Shown here one piece after another: positions 26,380 to 35,456 of a DNA stretch of 36,326 nt. A model generated the notes under the pieces. It saw nothing but the letters and a program-made list of their open reading frames with translations, was not told the DNA's origin and ran no database searches. Source of the stretch: Acidobacteriota bacterium (lineage in GTDB: Bacteria; Acidobacteriota; UBA4820; DSQY01). Each line of letters starts with the position of its first letter. Position 1 is the first letter of the stretch. The stretch is from contig JBBIUU010000003.1 in NCBI GenBank assembly GCA_037440125.1, positions 27,266-63,591 on the forward strand, written 5' to 3'. The translations under genes were made by a program, and so were the position numbers.

Positions 26380-27401
26380 GCAACGTGGCACCCCAGCCGA
26401 GCCTCCGCGCGGTCCCCGAGGGGGCCGAGCGCCTCACCCTCGTCCAGTCCGTGAACCGCGCCCTCGCGCAGGAGATGGAGGCCGACCCCTCGGTCCTCGT
26501 CCTCGGCGAGGACGTGGGCAAGGACGGCGGCGTCTTCCGCGTGACGGAGGGCCTCCTCGATACCTTCGGCCCGAACCGGGTCATGGACACGCCCCTGGCC
26601 GAGAGCGGCATCGTGGGCGTCTCCATCGGGCTCGCCCTCGGCGGCTTCCGGCCCGTCCCCGAGCTCCAGTTCATGGGCTTCATGTACCCCGCGGTGAACC
26701 AGATGTTCGCCCACGTGGCGCGCTACCGGAACCGCACGCGGGGCCGCTACCACCTGCCCATGGTCATCCGCATGCCCTACGGCGGCGGCATCCACCCGCC
26801 CGAGCACCACAGCGAGTCCTACGAGGCGCTCCTCGTCAACACGCCGGGCCTCAAGGTCGCCATCCCGAGCAACCCCTACGACGCCAAGGGCCTGCTGATC
26901 TCGGCCATCCGGGACGACGACCCCGTCGTCTTCCTCGAGCCGAAGCGAATCTACCGCGCCTTCCGCGAGGAGGTGCCCTCCGGGTCCTACACCGTCCCCC
27001 TCGGCAAGGCCCACGTGGTCAAGGAGGGGAAGGACATCACGCTCATCGCCTGGGGCTCCATGGTCCGCCAGGCGCTCGAGGCCCACGAGGCCCTGGGCCG
27101 CGAGGGTGTGAGCGCCGAGGTGCTGGACCTGCGCACCCTGGTCCCGCTTGACATCGACGCGCTCATCGGCTCGGTGTCCAAGACGGGCCGCGCCGTGGTC
27201 GTCCACGAGGGGCCGCGCAACAGCGGCTTCGGTGCCGAGGTGGTGGCCCTCATCAACGAGCGCGCGCTCCTCGACCTGCAGGCGCCCGTCCAGCGGGTGA
27301 CGGGGTTTGATTCGGTCTTCCCGTACTCCATGCTCGAGCAGCACTACCTGCCCTCGAGGGAGCGCGTGGTGGCGGCCGCCAAGAAGGCGCTGGAGTATTA
27401 G
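26376..27401 (+). CDS. pdhB: 2-oxoacid dehydrogenase E1 beta subunit
   Basis: GEDVGKDGGVFRVT, DTPLAESGI, HHSESYE, FLEPKRIYR and DLRTLVPLD motifs; ATGA overlap with E1 alpha. Confidence 0.9.
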   Translation: MSNVAPQPSLRAVPEGAERLTLVQSVNRALAQEMEADPSVLVLGEDVGKDGGVFRVTEGLLDTFGPNRVMDTPLAESGIVGVSIGLALGGFRPVPELQFMGFMYPAVNQMFAHVARYRNRTRGRYHLPMVIRMPYGGGIHPPEHHSESYEALLVNTPGLKVAIPSNPYDAKGLLISAIRDDDPVVFLEPKRIYRAFREEVPSGSYTVPLGKAHVVKEGKDITLIAWGSMVRQALEAHEALGREGVSAEVLDLRTLVPLDIDALIGSVSKTGRAVVVHEGPRNSGFGAEVVALINERALLDLQAPVQRVTGFDSVFPYSMLEQHYLPSRERVVAAAKKALEY

Positions 27402-27405
27402 GGGA

Positions 27406-27488
27406 CAGGCATGAGGCGCGAGTGGCGAGGCACGAGCAAAGTCAATGACGTAGAATTGGCCTTGACTCACGCCTCACGCCTCACGCCT
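27406..27488. repeat. inverted heptamer repeat forming a long hairpin between E1b and E2
   Basis: AGGCATGAGGCGCGAGT ... ACTCACGCCTCACGCCTCACGCCT; arms are complementary. Confidence 0.65.
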
Positions 27489-27507
27489 AGTTGAGAGGGG
27501 TTCCGTA

Positions 27508-28785
27508 ATGGCATTCGACTTCAAGTTCCCCGATGTGGGCGAGGGCATCCACGAGGGCACCATCGTCGCCTGGCTCGTGAAGGTGGGCGACGCGGTGGCC
27601 GTGGACCAGCCCTTCGTGAGGGTGGAGACCGACAAGGCCGTGGTGGACCTCCCGGCGCCCAAGGCCGGCGTGGTCCTCGCCCTGCACTTCGAGAAGGGCG
27701 CCACGATCCACGTGGGCGACGCCATCATCACCTTCGGCGAGGCCGGCGAGAAGTTCGCGGCCCAGCCGAAGGCCGCCGCGGCCCCTGCCGCGCCGCACCC
27801 CGTGGCCGTCGCCGGCGCCCCCGCCGCTACGGCCGCAGCGCCTTCCGCAACCCCCGGGCGCGTGCTCGCCACACCCCACACCCGGGCCTACGCCCGCAAG
27901 CGCGGCGTGGATCTCGCCGCGTGCGTCCCCACCGGGAAGAACGGCCGCGTCACCGACGAAGACGTGGACCGCGCCCTTTCGCAGGCAGGAGTGCCTGCGC
28001 CACGGACGGCCGGGGCCGCCGCTTCTTCCGCCTCCGCGCCCGCGGCTGCGCCCCTCGGCCCGGTGGAAATCACGGAGGCCGGCCCGGTGGAAAGGGTGGC
28101 GGCCACGCACCTGCGGAAGGTCATCGCCCAGGCCATGACCCTCAGCGCCCAGACCTCCGTCCACGTGACGCACGTGGACGAGGCCGACGTGACGGACCTC
28201 GTGGCCGCCTACCGACGCATGAAGGCCCACCTGGAGAAGGACGGCACGACGAAGTTCAGCCTCATGCCGCTCTTCATCAAGGCCGCCGTGACGGTCCTCA
28301 AGGACCACCCCCTCTTCAACGCCAGCTACGACGCGGCCGCGGGCCAGCTCGTGTACAAACGGTACTTCCACATGGGCGTCGCCGTGGACACTCCCGAGGG
28401 CCTCATCGTCCCCGTGGTCCGCGACGTGGACAAGAAGGACATGGTCACCCTGGCGCGCGAGCTCGCCGACCTCGCTGCGCGGGCGAGGGAGCGCCGCCTC
28501 ATGCTCGACGAGCTGAAGGGCGCCTCCTTCACGCTGACCAACATCGGCGCCATCGGCGGCCTCATGGCCACGCCCGTCATCCACCAGCCGGAGCTCGCCA
28601 TCTGCGGGCTCTTCGCCATCAAGGACCGCCCCGCCGTCGTGGATGGCCAGGTGGTCCCGCGCAAGCTCATGAACCTCTCCGTCACTTTCGACCACAGGGT
28701 CATCGACGGCGCCCAGGGCGCGCGCTTCATGCGCGATCTCGTGGCGCTCCTCGAGCACCCCGAGCTGTTGATGGCGAGGCTATAA
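27508..28785 (+). CDS. pdhC: dihydrolipoamide acyltransferase E2
   Basis: Single lipoyl domain (VETDKAVV); E3-binding domain (ATPHTR..GKNGRV); catalytic FDHRVIDG. Confidence 0.92.
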   Translation: MAFDFKFPDVGEGIHEGTIVAWLVKVGDAVAVDQPFVRVETDKAVVDLPAPKAGVVLALHFEKGATIHVGDAIITFGEAGEKFAAQPKAAAAPAAPHPVAVAGAPAATAAAPSATPGRVLATPHTRAYARKRGVDLAACVPTGKNGRVTDEDVDRALSQAGVPAPRTAGAAASSASAPAAAPLGPVEITEAGPVERVAATHLRKVIAQAMTLSAQTSVHVTHVDEADVTDLVAAYRRMKAHLEKDGTTKFSLMPLFIKAAVTVLKDHPLFNASYDAAAGQLVYKRYFHMGVAVDTPEGLIVPVVRDVDKKDMVTLARELADLAARARERRLMLDELKGASFTLTNIGAIGGLMATPVIHQPELAICGLFAIKDRPAVVDGQVVPRKLMNLSVTFDHRVIDGAQGARFMRDLVALLEHPELLMARL

Positions 28786-28790
28786 TCAGA

Positions 28791-28890
28791 ATTGGGATAG
28801 CGGATTTGGGATTTGGGAAACGGCGGCATTGTCACGAGCGCCCCAATCCTGATCGGGTCCGTTTCCGAAATCCCATTTCCCACATCCGAT
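28791..28890. repeat. inverted heptamer repeat (GGATTTG / AATCCC) between E2 and E3
   Basis: GGGATTTGGGAAACGG ... CCGTTTCCGAAATCCC (one mismatch in 16 bp), extended by degenerate units. Confidence 0.65.
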
Positions 28891-28907
28891 ATTGTTAGGG
28901 GGTTCCC

Positions 28908-30326
28908 ATGGTCGTCGGATCGTTCGCGAAGGGTTGCCAGGTGGTGGTCATCGGCTCGGGCCCGGGAGGGTACCTCGCCGCCATCCGCCTCGCCCAGCTC
29001 AAGAAGGACGTGATCCTCGTGGAGGCCGAGCCCTCCCTCGGCGGCATCTGCCTCAACGAGGGGTGCATCCCCTCCAAGGCCCTCATCCACGCCGCCGATT
29101 TCTTCACCGACACGCGCACGTCGGGCACCTTCGGGATCCACGTGGAGAAGGTCTCCCTCGATCTGCCCAAGGTCATCTCGTGGAAGGACGGCGTGGTCCA
29201 GCGACTCACGGGCGGCGTGAAGACGCTCTGCACGAAGAACGGCGCCGAAGTCATGCGCGGCAAGGCCCGCTTCATCAGCGACCGGCAGCTCGATGTGGCG
29301 GGCCCCGACGGCGTTCAGATCGTGCAGTTCGAGCAGGCGGTCATCGCCACGGGCTCCGTGCCCTTCGACCTGCCCGGCTTCGCGCGCGACGGCGAGACCA
29401 TCATCGGGTCCAAGGAGGCGCTCTCTCTGAAAGAGGTCCCGGGCAAGCTCGTCGTCATCGGCGGCGGCTACGTAGGGCTCGAGCTCGGGAGCGTCTACCG
29501 CAAGTTCGGTTCCGAGGTGGCGGTGGTGGAGTTCTTCCCCGAGCTCCTCGGCCAGCACGACCCCGAGGTGCGCGACGCCCTCACGCGCCGCCTGAAGGCC
29601 CTCGGCATCAAGCTCTACCTCGGCCACCGCGCCGTCTCTTTCGAGAAGGGAAGCCCCTCCAAGGTCACGGTGCAGGACAGGGACGGCAAGTCCTCGGTGC
29701 TCGAGACCGACAAGGTCCTGATGAGCGTGGGGCGCGTGCCCAACGTCCAGGGTCTCGGCCTCGAGAACGCCGGCGTCAAGCAGGACGCCAAGGGCTTCAT
29801 CCAGGTGAACGCGCGGATGGAGACGAACGTCGCCGGGATCTACGCCCTCGGCGACGTGGTGGGCGGCCCCCTCCTCGCGCACAAGGCCTACCGCGAGGCC
29901 AAGGTGGCCGCCGAGGTCATCGCCGGCGAGCCCTCCGCCTTCGACAACATCGTCATCCCCGCGGTGGTCTACACGGACCCGGAGGTGGCGTGGGCAGGGC
30001 TGAGCGAGATGGAGGCCAAGGCCAAGGGCTTCAACGTGGTGACGGGCACCTTCCCCTTCCGCGCAAGCGGCCGCGCCATGACGCTCAACGCCACGGAGGG
30101 CTTCGTGAAAACCGTGGCGGACGCCGACACCAAGCGCATCCTGGGCATCCACATCGTGGGCGCCGGCGCGAGCGAGCTCGTGTCGGAGGGCGCCCTCGCC
30201 ATCGAGATGGGCGCCTTCCTCGACGACCTCTCGGGCACGATCCACCCCCACCCAACCCTCAGCGAGGGCCTCATGGAGTCGGTGGAGGCCGCCCTCGGCG
30301 AGGCCATCCACGTGATGAACAAGTAG
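28908..30326 (+). CDS. lpdA: dihydrolipoyl dehydrogenase E3
   Basis: GSGPGGY, redox disulfide GGICLNEGCIPSK, GGGYVGLE and HPHPTLSE motifs. Confidence 0.96.
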   Translation: MVVGSFAKGCQVVVIGSGPGGYLAAIRLAQLKKDVILVEAEPSLGGICLNEGCIPSKALIHAADFFTDTRTSGTFGIHVEKVSLDLPKVISWKDGVVQRLTGGVKTLCTKNGAEVMRGKARFISDRQLDVAGPDGVQIVQFEQAVIATGSVPFDLPGFARDGETIIGSKEALSLKEVPGKLVVIGGGYVGLELGSVYRKFGSEVAVVEFFPELLGQHDPEVRDALTRRLKALGIKLYLGHRAVSFEKGSPSKVTVQDRDGKSSVLETDKVLMSVGRVPNVQGLGLENAGVKQDAKGFIQVNARMETNVAGIYALGDVVGGPLLAHKAYREAKVAAEVIAGEPSAFDNIVIPAVVYTDPEVAWAGLSEMEAKAKGFNVVTGTFPFRASGRAMTLNATEGFVKTVADADTKRILGIHIVGAGASELVSEGALAIEMGAFLDDLSGTIHPHPTLSEGLMESVEAALGEAIHVMNK

Positions 30327-30402
30327 GCGTGAGGCGTGAGACGTTAGACGGCAGACGCGAGACGCAAGCCGCGAGACACAAAACACAAGACACCAGACAC
30401 CC
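30327..30402. repeat. degenerate heptamer tandem repeat (~11 units, GACRCNA/GGCGTGA family)
   Basis: GGCGTGA GGCGTGA GACGTTA GACGGCA GACGCGA GACGCAA GCCGCGA GACACAA AACACAA GACACCA GACACC. Confidence 0.75.
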
Positions 30403-30415
30403 GTAGGATTTCCCG

Positions 30416-31417
30416 ATGGCCGATCAACCCTGGACGCGAGAACGGTTGATGGAGGTCTCGGGCGGGTACTGGGCCGCCTGCGCCCTGCACGCCGGCCTCA
30501 AGCTGCGCGTCTTCGACGCCGCGGGTGAAGGGGGCGCGACGGCGACGGAGGTCGCGGAGGCCTGCTCGGGCGACCTGCGCGGCGTCGCTACCCTCCTCAA
30601 CGCCCTGGCCGCCATGGGCCTCATGAGCAAGGAGGGCGCCCGCTTCGCGGACACGCCGGTGGCCCTCGACCTGCTCTGCTCTTCGTCGCCGCACTACCTC
30701 GGGCACATCCTCCTGCACCACCACCACCTCATGTCCCGCTGGAGCAGGCTCCACGAGGCCGTCCGCTCCGGCCGTCCCGTGAGCGTCCCGTCCTCCCACA
30801 CGCACGACGAGGCGGAGCAGGAGGCCTTCCTCATGGGGATGTTCAACATCGCCTCGGGGATGGCGCCCGCGGTCGTGAAGGCGGTGGACCTGAAAGGACG
30901 GCGGCGCCTTCTGGACCTGGGCGGCGGGCCAGGGACCTACGCCATCCACTTCTGCCTCGAGAACCCCGGACTCTCGGCCGTGATCTACGACCTGCCGGGC
31001 ACGCGGCCCTTCGCCGAGAAGACGGTGGCCCGCTTCGACCTCTCGGACCGCGTGGCCTTCGCGGCGGGCGACTTCAACGAGGACCCGCTCCCGGCCGGCT
31101 TCGACGTGGCATGGCTCTCCCAGATCCTCCACGGCGAAGGGCCCGAGGAGTGCGCGAGGCTCGTGGCGAAGGCCGCGGGCGCGCTCGAACCCGGAGGCGT
31201 CCTCCTCATCCACGAGTTCCTCCTGGAGGACACCATGGACCGGCCGCTGCACCCGGCGCTGTTCTCGTTGAACATGCTCGTGGGCACGGAGCGTGGGCAG
31301 TCCTACTCGGAGGGCCAGGTGCGGAGCATGATGGAGGCCGCCGGCCTGCGCGACGTCCGGCGAATCGACCTCCCCGCGCCCGCCACGTCCGCCATCCTCG
31401 CGGGGACGATGAGCTGA
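30416..31417 (+). CDS. SAM-dependent O-methyltransferase (dimerisation plus Methyltransf_2 domains)
   Basis: N-terminal winged-helix dimerisation region; LLDLGGGPG, YDLP, GDF and WLSQILH..ALEPGG motifs. Confidence 0.88.
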   Translation: MADQPWTRERLMEVSGGYWAACALHAGLKLRVFDAAGEGGATATEVAEACSGDLRGVATLLNALAAMGLMSKEGARFADTPVALDLLCSSSPHYLGHILLHHHHLMSRWSRLHEAVRSGRPVSVPSSHTHDEAEQEAFLMGMFNIASGMAPAVVKAVDLKGRRRLLDLGGGPGTYAIHFCLENPGLSAVIYDLPGTRPFAEKTVARFDLSDRVAFAAGDFNEDPLPAGFDVAWLSQILHGEGPEECARLVAKAAGALEPGGVLLIHEFLLEDTMDRPLHPALFSLNMLVGTERGQSYSEGQVRSMMEAAGLRDVRRIDLPAPATSAILAGTMS

Positions 31418-31474
31418 TCAGGCAATTGGATGATCGGCTGATCCAGAGGTCGGAGGACTAGCCGGGAGGCCCTA

Positions 31475-31540
31475 TTTCGCCTTTCGCATTTCGCCTTTCG
31501 CCTTCGTTTCCGAATTCCGCTTTCCGCTTTCCGAATTCTC
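31475..31540. repeat. degenerate heptamer tandem repeat (TTTCGCC / TTCCGAA family)
   Basis: TTTCGCC TTTCGCA TTTCGCC TTTCGCC TTCGT TTCCGAA TTCCGCT TTCCGCT TTCCGAA; same family as 17405-17536. Confidence 0.75.
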
Positions 31541-31542
31541 TC

Positions 31543-32421
31543 TTATCCCTTCCACCGAAACTTGCCCCGCCCCTTCTTCCCGAGCCCCCTCGGCTTGGAT
31601 TTCGCGGCGGGGTTCTCCCTCTCCGGCTCCCCGGCTCCCCGGCTCTCCGGCTCCATCCTCCCCGCGGGGTCCTGCCGGTAGTACTCCGAGAGCGCGTCGT
31701 AGAGCTCGGGGTGGAACTGCTTCAGGCGCGCACCCCGCTCGAAGAAGGCCTCCGTGGCCACGGCGAAGCATTCCGCCTCGTCCTCGGCGCCATAGGTGTC
31801 GAGGACGGGGTCCCGGCGGCCCGAGTCGTCTAGGTCGCAGAGGAGGTCGTAGGTCCCTTGCAGCACCCGCTTCCACCGCGCGTGCCGCTCCCGCTCCTCC
31901 GCCGTCGCGGGCCGCGTGGCGCGCAGGAAGTCGAGGAGGTCCACCTGGTGGGCGAACTCGTGCAGGACGAGGTTCCTGCCGTCGAGGCGCCTGGCGTCCT
32001 GGCGGACGTCGGCCCACGAGAGGACCACCTGGCCGCGCTCCCAGGCCTCCCCCTCGCGGTCGTCCACCATCTCCGTGACGACGCCGAACTCGTCCTCCTC
32101 GGCGTCGGGAGCGAGGTAGCGCTCGGGGTACACGAGGATGGTCCGCACGTGGCCGAAGGCGTCCACCGAGCGGCCCAGCCCGAGGAGGCACGCCTGCATG
32201 GCGATGACGGCCTTGCGCTCGGGCGTGAGGTCCATGCCGCCGCACGGCTCCCAGTTGCGCTCGGCGACGAAGACCCGGACGTCGTCCTCGAGCCGCGCCC
32301 GCTCCTCCGGCGACATCGTCCGCCACAGCGCGACGTCGCGCTCGAGGGCAGCTCTCCAGTTTTCGGGGAAGGGGCCGGCGAGGATGCGCTCGCGCCGCCT
32401 CCGTCTCAGCCAGCTGAACAT
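31543..32421 (-). CDS. zinc metallopeptidase, M90/MtfA family
   Basis: IAMQACL, ILVYP, GEAW..VVLSW, NLVLHEFAHQVD (HExxH) and ECFAVATEAFFE..YYRQDP motifs. Confidence 0.88.
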   Translation of the reverse strand: MFSWLRRRRRERILAGPFPENWRAALERDVALWRTMSPEERARLEDDVRVFVAERNWEPCGGMDLTPERKAVIAMQACLLGLGRSVDAFGHVRTILVYPERYLAPDAEEDEFGVVTEMVDDREGEAWERGQVVLSWADVRQDARRLDGRNLVLHEFAHQVDLLDFLRATRPATAEERERHARWKRVLQGTYDLLCDLDDSGRRDPVLDTYGAEDEAECFAVATEAFFERGARLKQFHPELYDALSEYYRQDPAGRMEPESRGAGEPERENPAAKSKPRGLGKKGRGKFRWKG

Positions 32422-32464
32422 CTCTCCTGCCTGGGGTCGTGACGCGGGCGCGGGACGGCCGCGC

Positions 32465-33385
32465 TCAGTCCCCGCGCCGATCGCCGAAGGCGAGCTCGAC
32501 GTCCAGGTCGCAGGCCGCCGCCCAGGCGCGGAGGAAGTGGACGGTGGGATTGGAGCGCCAGCGCTCGGCCTGCGCGATCGCCTGCTGGGAGACCCCCAAC
32601 CGCTCCGCGAGCTCCGACTGCGTCTTGTGGGCGCGCTCCCTCGCCTCGCGCAGCAGGTACCCCGCGGAGAACTCCTCCCACGGCGGGAGTTGCCCCCACC
32701 GCCGCAGGGCCGCCCACTTCAGGTAGGCGCGGGGCCGCCGGCGCCTCGGCGGAGGCGGCGCGTGGGGCTTCCCGCTGTGGGCGCCCCGGGGCTCGTAGGT
32801 CTCCACGGCCCAGCGCTCCAAAGCCCCCGCGGAGCGGGACCTCGCCGCCGCGAAGGCGCGGAGTTCGGCCAGCGCGGCCTGCACGCCCCGCTCCTTCGCC
32901 ATCGCCTCGAGGGATCCGGCGTCGATGGCGCCCCTGGGGCGGGTGAAGAGGTAGAAGGCGTTCATGCCGTCGACGGGAGAGGCCCACGTGCTCCACGAGG
33001 CAAGCCGGTTCACGATCAGGGCCTCCCGGCCGATGCACAGCACCTCGTGGCTCCCGGTCCGTACGGAGACGGCGAGCTCCCGCGTCGCCGCGTCCGCGCC
33101 GCGGAACTCGAGGAGGGTCCGCCAACTCTCGTTGAGCCACTCGCGGCCGTGGTGCTCGAACCCGGCCTGGACCAGGGCGCGCCCGACGGAATCGGGCACG
33201 TTCCCCACCAGATCCAGGTCGCCCGTGGTCAGCGCCGGGGCCGCGTAGAGCTCCACGGCGGCGCCGCCCACGAGGACGGGTTCCTGCCCTCGGGCATAGA
33301 GCCCCTGCACCCACGCGGCCAGGGACGCCAGACGATGCCTCCGGTCGCCCGCTCCCGCCAGGTCCGGCAAATTCTTCGGTGCCAT
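32465..33385 (-). CDS. nucleotidyltransferase-like N-terminal domain fused to a C-terminal XRE-family helix-turn-helix
   Basis: PVLVGGAAVELY..TTGDLDLV (GG..DxD motif of the Pol-beta-like NTase fold); C-terminal LLREARERAHKTQSELAERLGVSQQAIAQAE..NPT. Confidence 0.7.
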   Translation of the reverse strand: MAPKNLPDLAGAGDRRHRLASLAAWVQGLYARGQEPVLVGGAAVELYAAPALTTGDLDLVGNVPDSVGRALVQAGFEHHGREWLNESWRTLLEFRGADAATRELAVSVRTGSHEVLCIGREALIVNRLASWSTWASPVDGMNAFYLFTRPRGAIDAGSLEAMAKERGVQAALAELRAFAAARSRSAGALERWAVETYEPRGAHSGKPHAPPPPRRRRPRAYLKWAALRRWGQLPPWEEFSAGYLLREARERAHKTQSELAERLGVSQQAIAQAERWRSNPTVHFLRAWAAACDLDVELAFGDRRGD

Positions 33386-33556
33386 ATTCAGAGCCTAGCA
33401 CGACGGCGCTCCCCCCCGCCAGGACCGGCCCCCCGGTGTGCCTCGGGCGCCGCACTCCGTGTTAAACTGAACTCTGTCTGCACCCGGCCTGGAGCGGACC
33501 GCCACCACAGGAGCGCCCGCCATGGACGCCGTTTCCGCAGGACCGAACCCGCACCC

Positions 33557-35455
33557 ATGACCCCCGTCAACGGCCACGCCACCTCCGCCCACGGACGGTA
33601 CCTGTTCGCCCTCTCCATCGGCGCCCTCGGCGTCGTCTTCGGCGACATCGGCACCAGCCCGCTGTACGCGCTGAGGGTCTGCTTCGACAAGGAGACGGGG
33701 CTGCCCGTGTCGGAGCCGAACGTCCTGGGGGTGCTCTCGCTCATCTTCTGGGCGCTCGCGCTGACCATCTCGGTCAAGTACCTCATCTTCATCCTGCGGG
33801 CGGACAACCGCGGGGAGGGCGGCATCCTGGCCCTCATGGCGCTCGCCCGGCCCGACCACCGGGCGGCGGGGCGGAAGGCCGCCATCCTCATCGGCCTCGG
33901 GCTCTTCGGCGCCGCGCTCCTCTACGGGGACGGGATCATCACCCCCGCCATCTCGGTCATGAGCGCCGTGGAGGGCCTGGAGGTCGCCACGCCCGTGGTG
34001 GCGCCCTACGTCGTGCCCATCACCGCGCTCCTCCTCGTGGGCCTCTTCCTCCTCCAGCGCCGCGGGACGGGCGGGGTGGGCGCGCTCTTCGGTCCGATCA
34101 TGACCGTATGGTTTCTGGTCATCGGGCTCCTCGGCGTCCACGGGATCCTCCAGGCCCCCGGCGTGCTGGCGGGCCTCAACCCCGTCCACGCCGTCACCTT
34201 CTTCGTCGAGAACAAGGTCCGCGCCTTCCTCGCCCTCGGGGCGGTCTTCCTCGTGGAGACGGGCGGAGAGGCGCTCTACGCTGACATGGGCCACTTCGGG
34301 CGCAGGCCCATCCGCCTTGCGTGGTTCACGCTCGTCCTGCCCTGCCTCCTCCTCAACTACTTCGGCCAGGGCGCGCAGCTCCTGATGAACCCCACCGCCG
34401 AGGAGAACCCCTTCTTCTGGCTCGCCCCGTCGTGGGCCGTGATCCCGCTCGTGGTCCTGGCCACGGCGGCGACGATCATCGCCTCCCAGGCCGTCATCTC
34501 GGGCTCCTTCTCCCTCACGCGTCAGGCCATCCAGCTCGGCTTCAGTCCCCGCATGCTCATCCGGCATACCTCCAAGGACGAGATCGGACAGATCTACGTC
34601 CCCGCCGTCAACTGGGGCCTCATGGTGGCGACCATCGCGCTCGTCGTGGCCTTCAAGAACTCGGACAACCTGGCCGCGGCCTACGGCGTCGCCGTCACGA
34701 CCACCATGGTCATCACGACGATCCTGTTCTACGTCGTGGCCACGGAGCACTGGCGGTGGTCCCGCTGGCTCGCGGCGCCTCTGTGCGGCATCTTCCTCGT
34801 CGTGGACGCGGCCTTCTTTTCCGCCAACATCATCAAGGTGGAGCACGGCGGCTGGCTGCCCCTCCTCATCGCGCTCGCTATCTTCATCCTCATGTCCACG
34901 TGGAAGCGCGGGCGCCAGATCCTGGGCGCGCGCCTCACCGAGGAGACGCTCGACATGGAGCTCTTCCTCGCGGACATCGAGCGCCGCAGCCCGGTCCGCG
35001 TGCCGGGGACGGCCGTCTTCATGACGGGCAACCCCCGGGGCGTCCCTCCGGCCCTCCTGCACAACCTCAAGCACAACCACGTCCTCCACCAGCGGGTGGT
35101 GCTCGTGACCATCGTGACCGAGGAGGTGCCACGCGTCCGCGCCGAACAGCGCCTCCAGGTCATCGACCTCGGCCAGGGCCTCTACCGCCTCATGGCGCAC
35201 TACGGGTTCATGGAGACGCCCCACGTGCCCAGGCTCCTGGAGGGCGCGCGCGCCTCGGGGCTGGAATTTCCGGTCATGGAGACGACGTTCTTCCTCGGGT
35301 GGGAGACGGTCATCCCCTCCTCCTCTCACCCGGGGATGGCCCGGTGGCGCGAGTGGCTCTTCGCGGTCATGTCGCGGAACGCCCAGCGGGCCACCGCGTA
35401 CTTCCGCATCCCCGTGAACCGCGTGGTGGAGCTCGGCCAGGAAGTGGAGATCTGA
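33557..35455 (+). CDS. kup: potassium transporter Kup (KUP/HAK/KT family)
   Basis: [49 protein letters not shown] and GQIYVP motifs; C-terminal [13 protein letters not shown]. Confidence 0.96.
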   Translation: MTPVNGHATSAHGRYLFALSIGALGVVFGDIGTSPLYALRVCFDKETGLPVSEPNVLGVLSLIFWALALTISVKYLIFILRADNRGEGGILALMALARPDHRAAGRKAAILIGLGLFGAALLYGDGIITPAISVMSAVEGLEVATPVVAPYVVPITALLLVGLFLLQRRGTGGVGALFGPIMTVWFLVIGLLGVHGILQAPGVLAGLNPVHAVTFFVENKVRAFLALGAVFLVETGGEALYADMGHFGRRPIRLAWFTLVLPCLLLNYFGQGAQLLMNPTAEENPFFWLAPSWAVIPLVVLATAATIIASQAVISGSFSLTRQAIQLGFSPRMLIRHTSKDEIGQIYVPAVNWGLMVATIALVVAFKNSDNLAAAYGVAVTTTMVITTILFYVVATEHWRWSRWLAAPLCGIFLVVDAAFFSANIIKVEHGGWLPLLIALAIFILMSTWKRGRQILGARLTEETLDMELFLADIERRSPVRVPGTAVFMTGNPRGVPPALLHNLKHNHVLHQRVVLVTIVTEEVPRVRAEQRLQVIDLGQGLYRLMAHYGFMETPHVPRLLEGARASGLEFPVMETTFFLGWETVIPSSSHPGMARWREWLFAVMSRNAQRATAYFRIPVNRVVELGQEVEI

Positions 35456-35456
35456 G

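Noticed and set aside
30716-30727. His4 run in the methyltransferase
   Set aside because: A short run within an ordinary O-methyltransferase helix; no evidence for special function.
32138-33556. Apparent 473-aa N-terminal extension of Kup in the 1105-aa ORF
   Set aside because: It overlaps two minus-strand genes; Kup homology starts at ~33557, and a promoter lies at ~33460.
33401-33556. Possible c-di-AMP or other riboswitch upstream of kup
   Set aside because: The leader is short (~80 nt after the -10) and lacks recognisable ydaO consensus elements.
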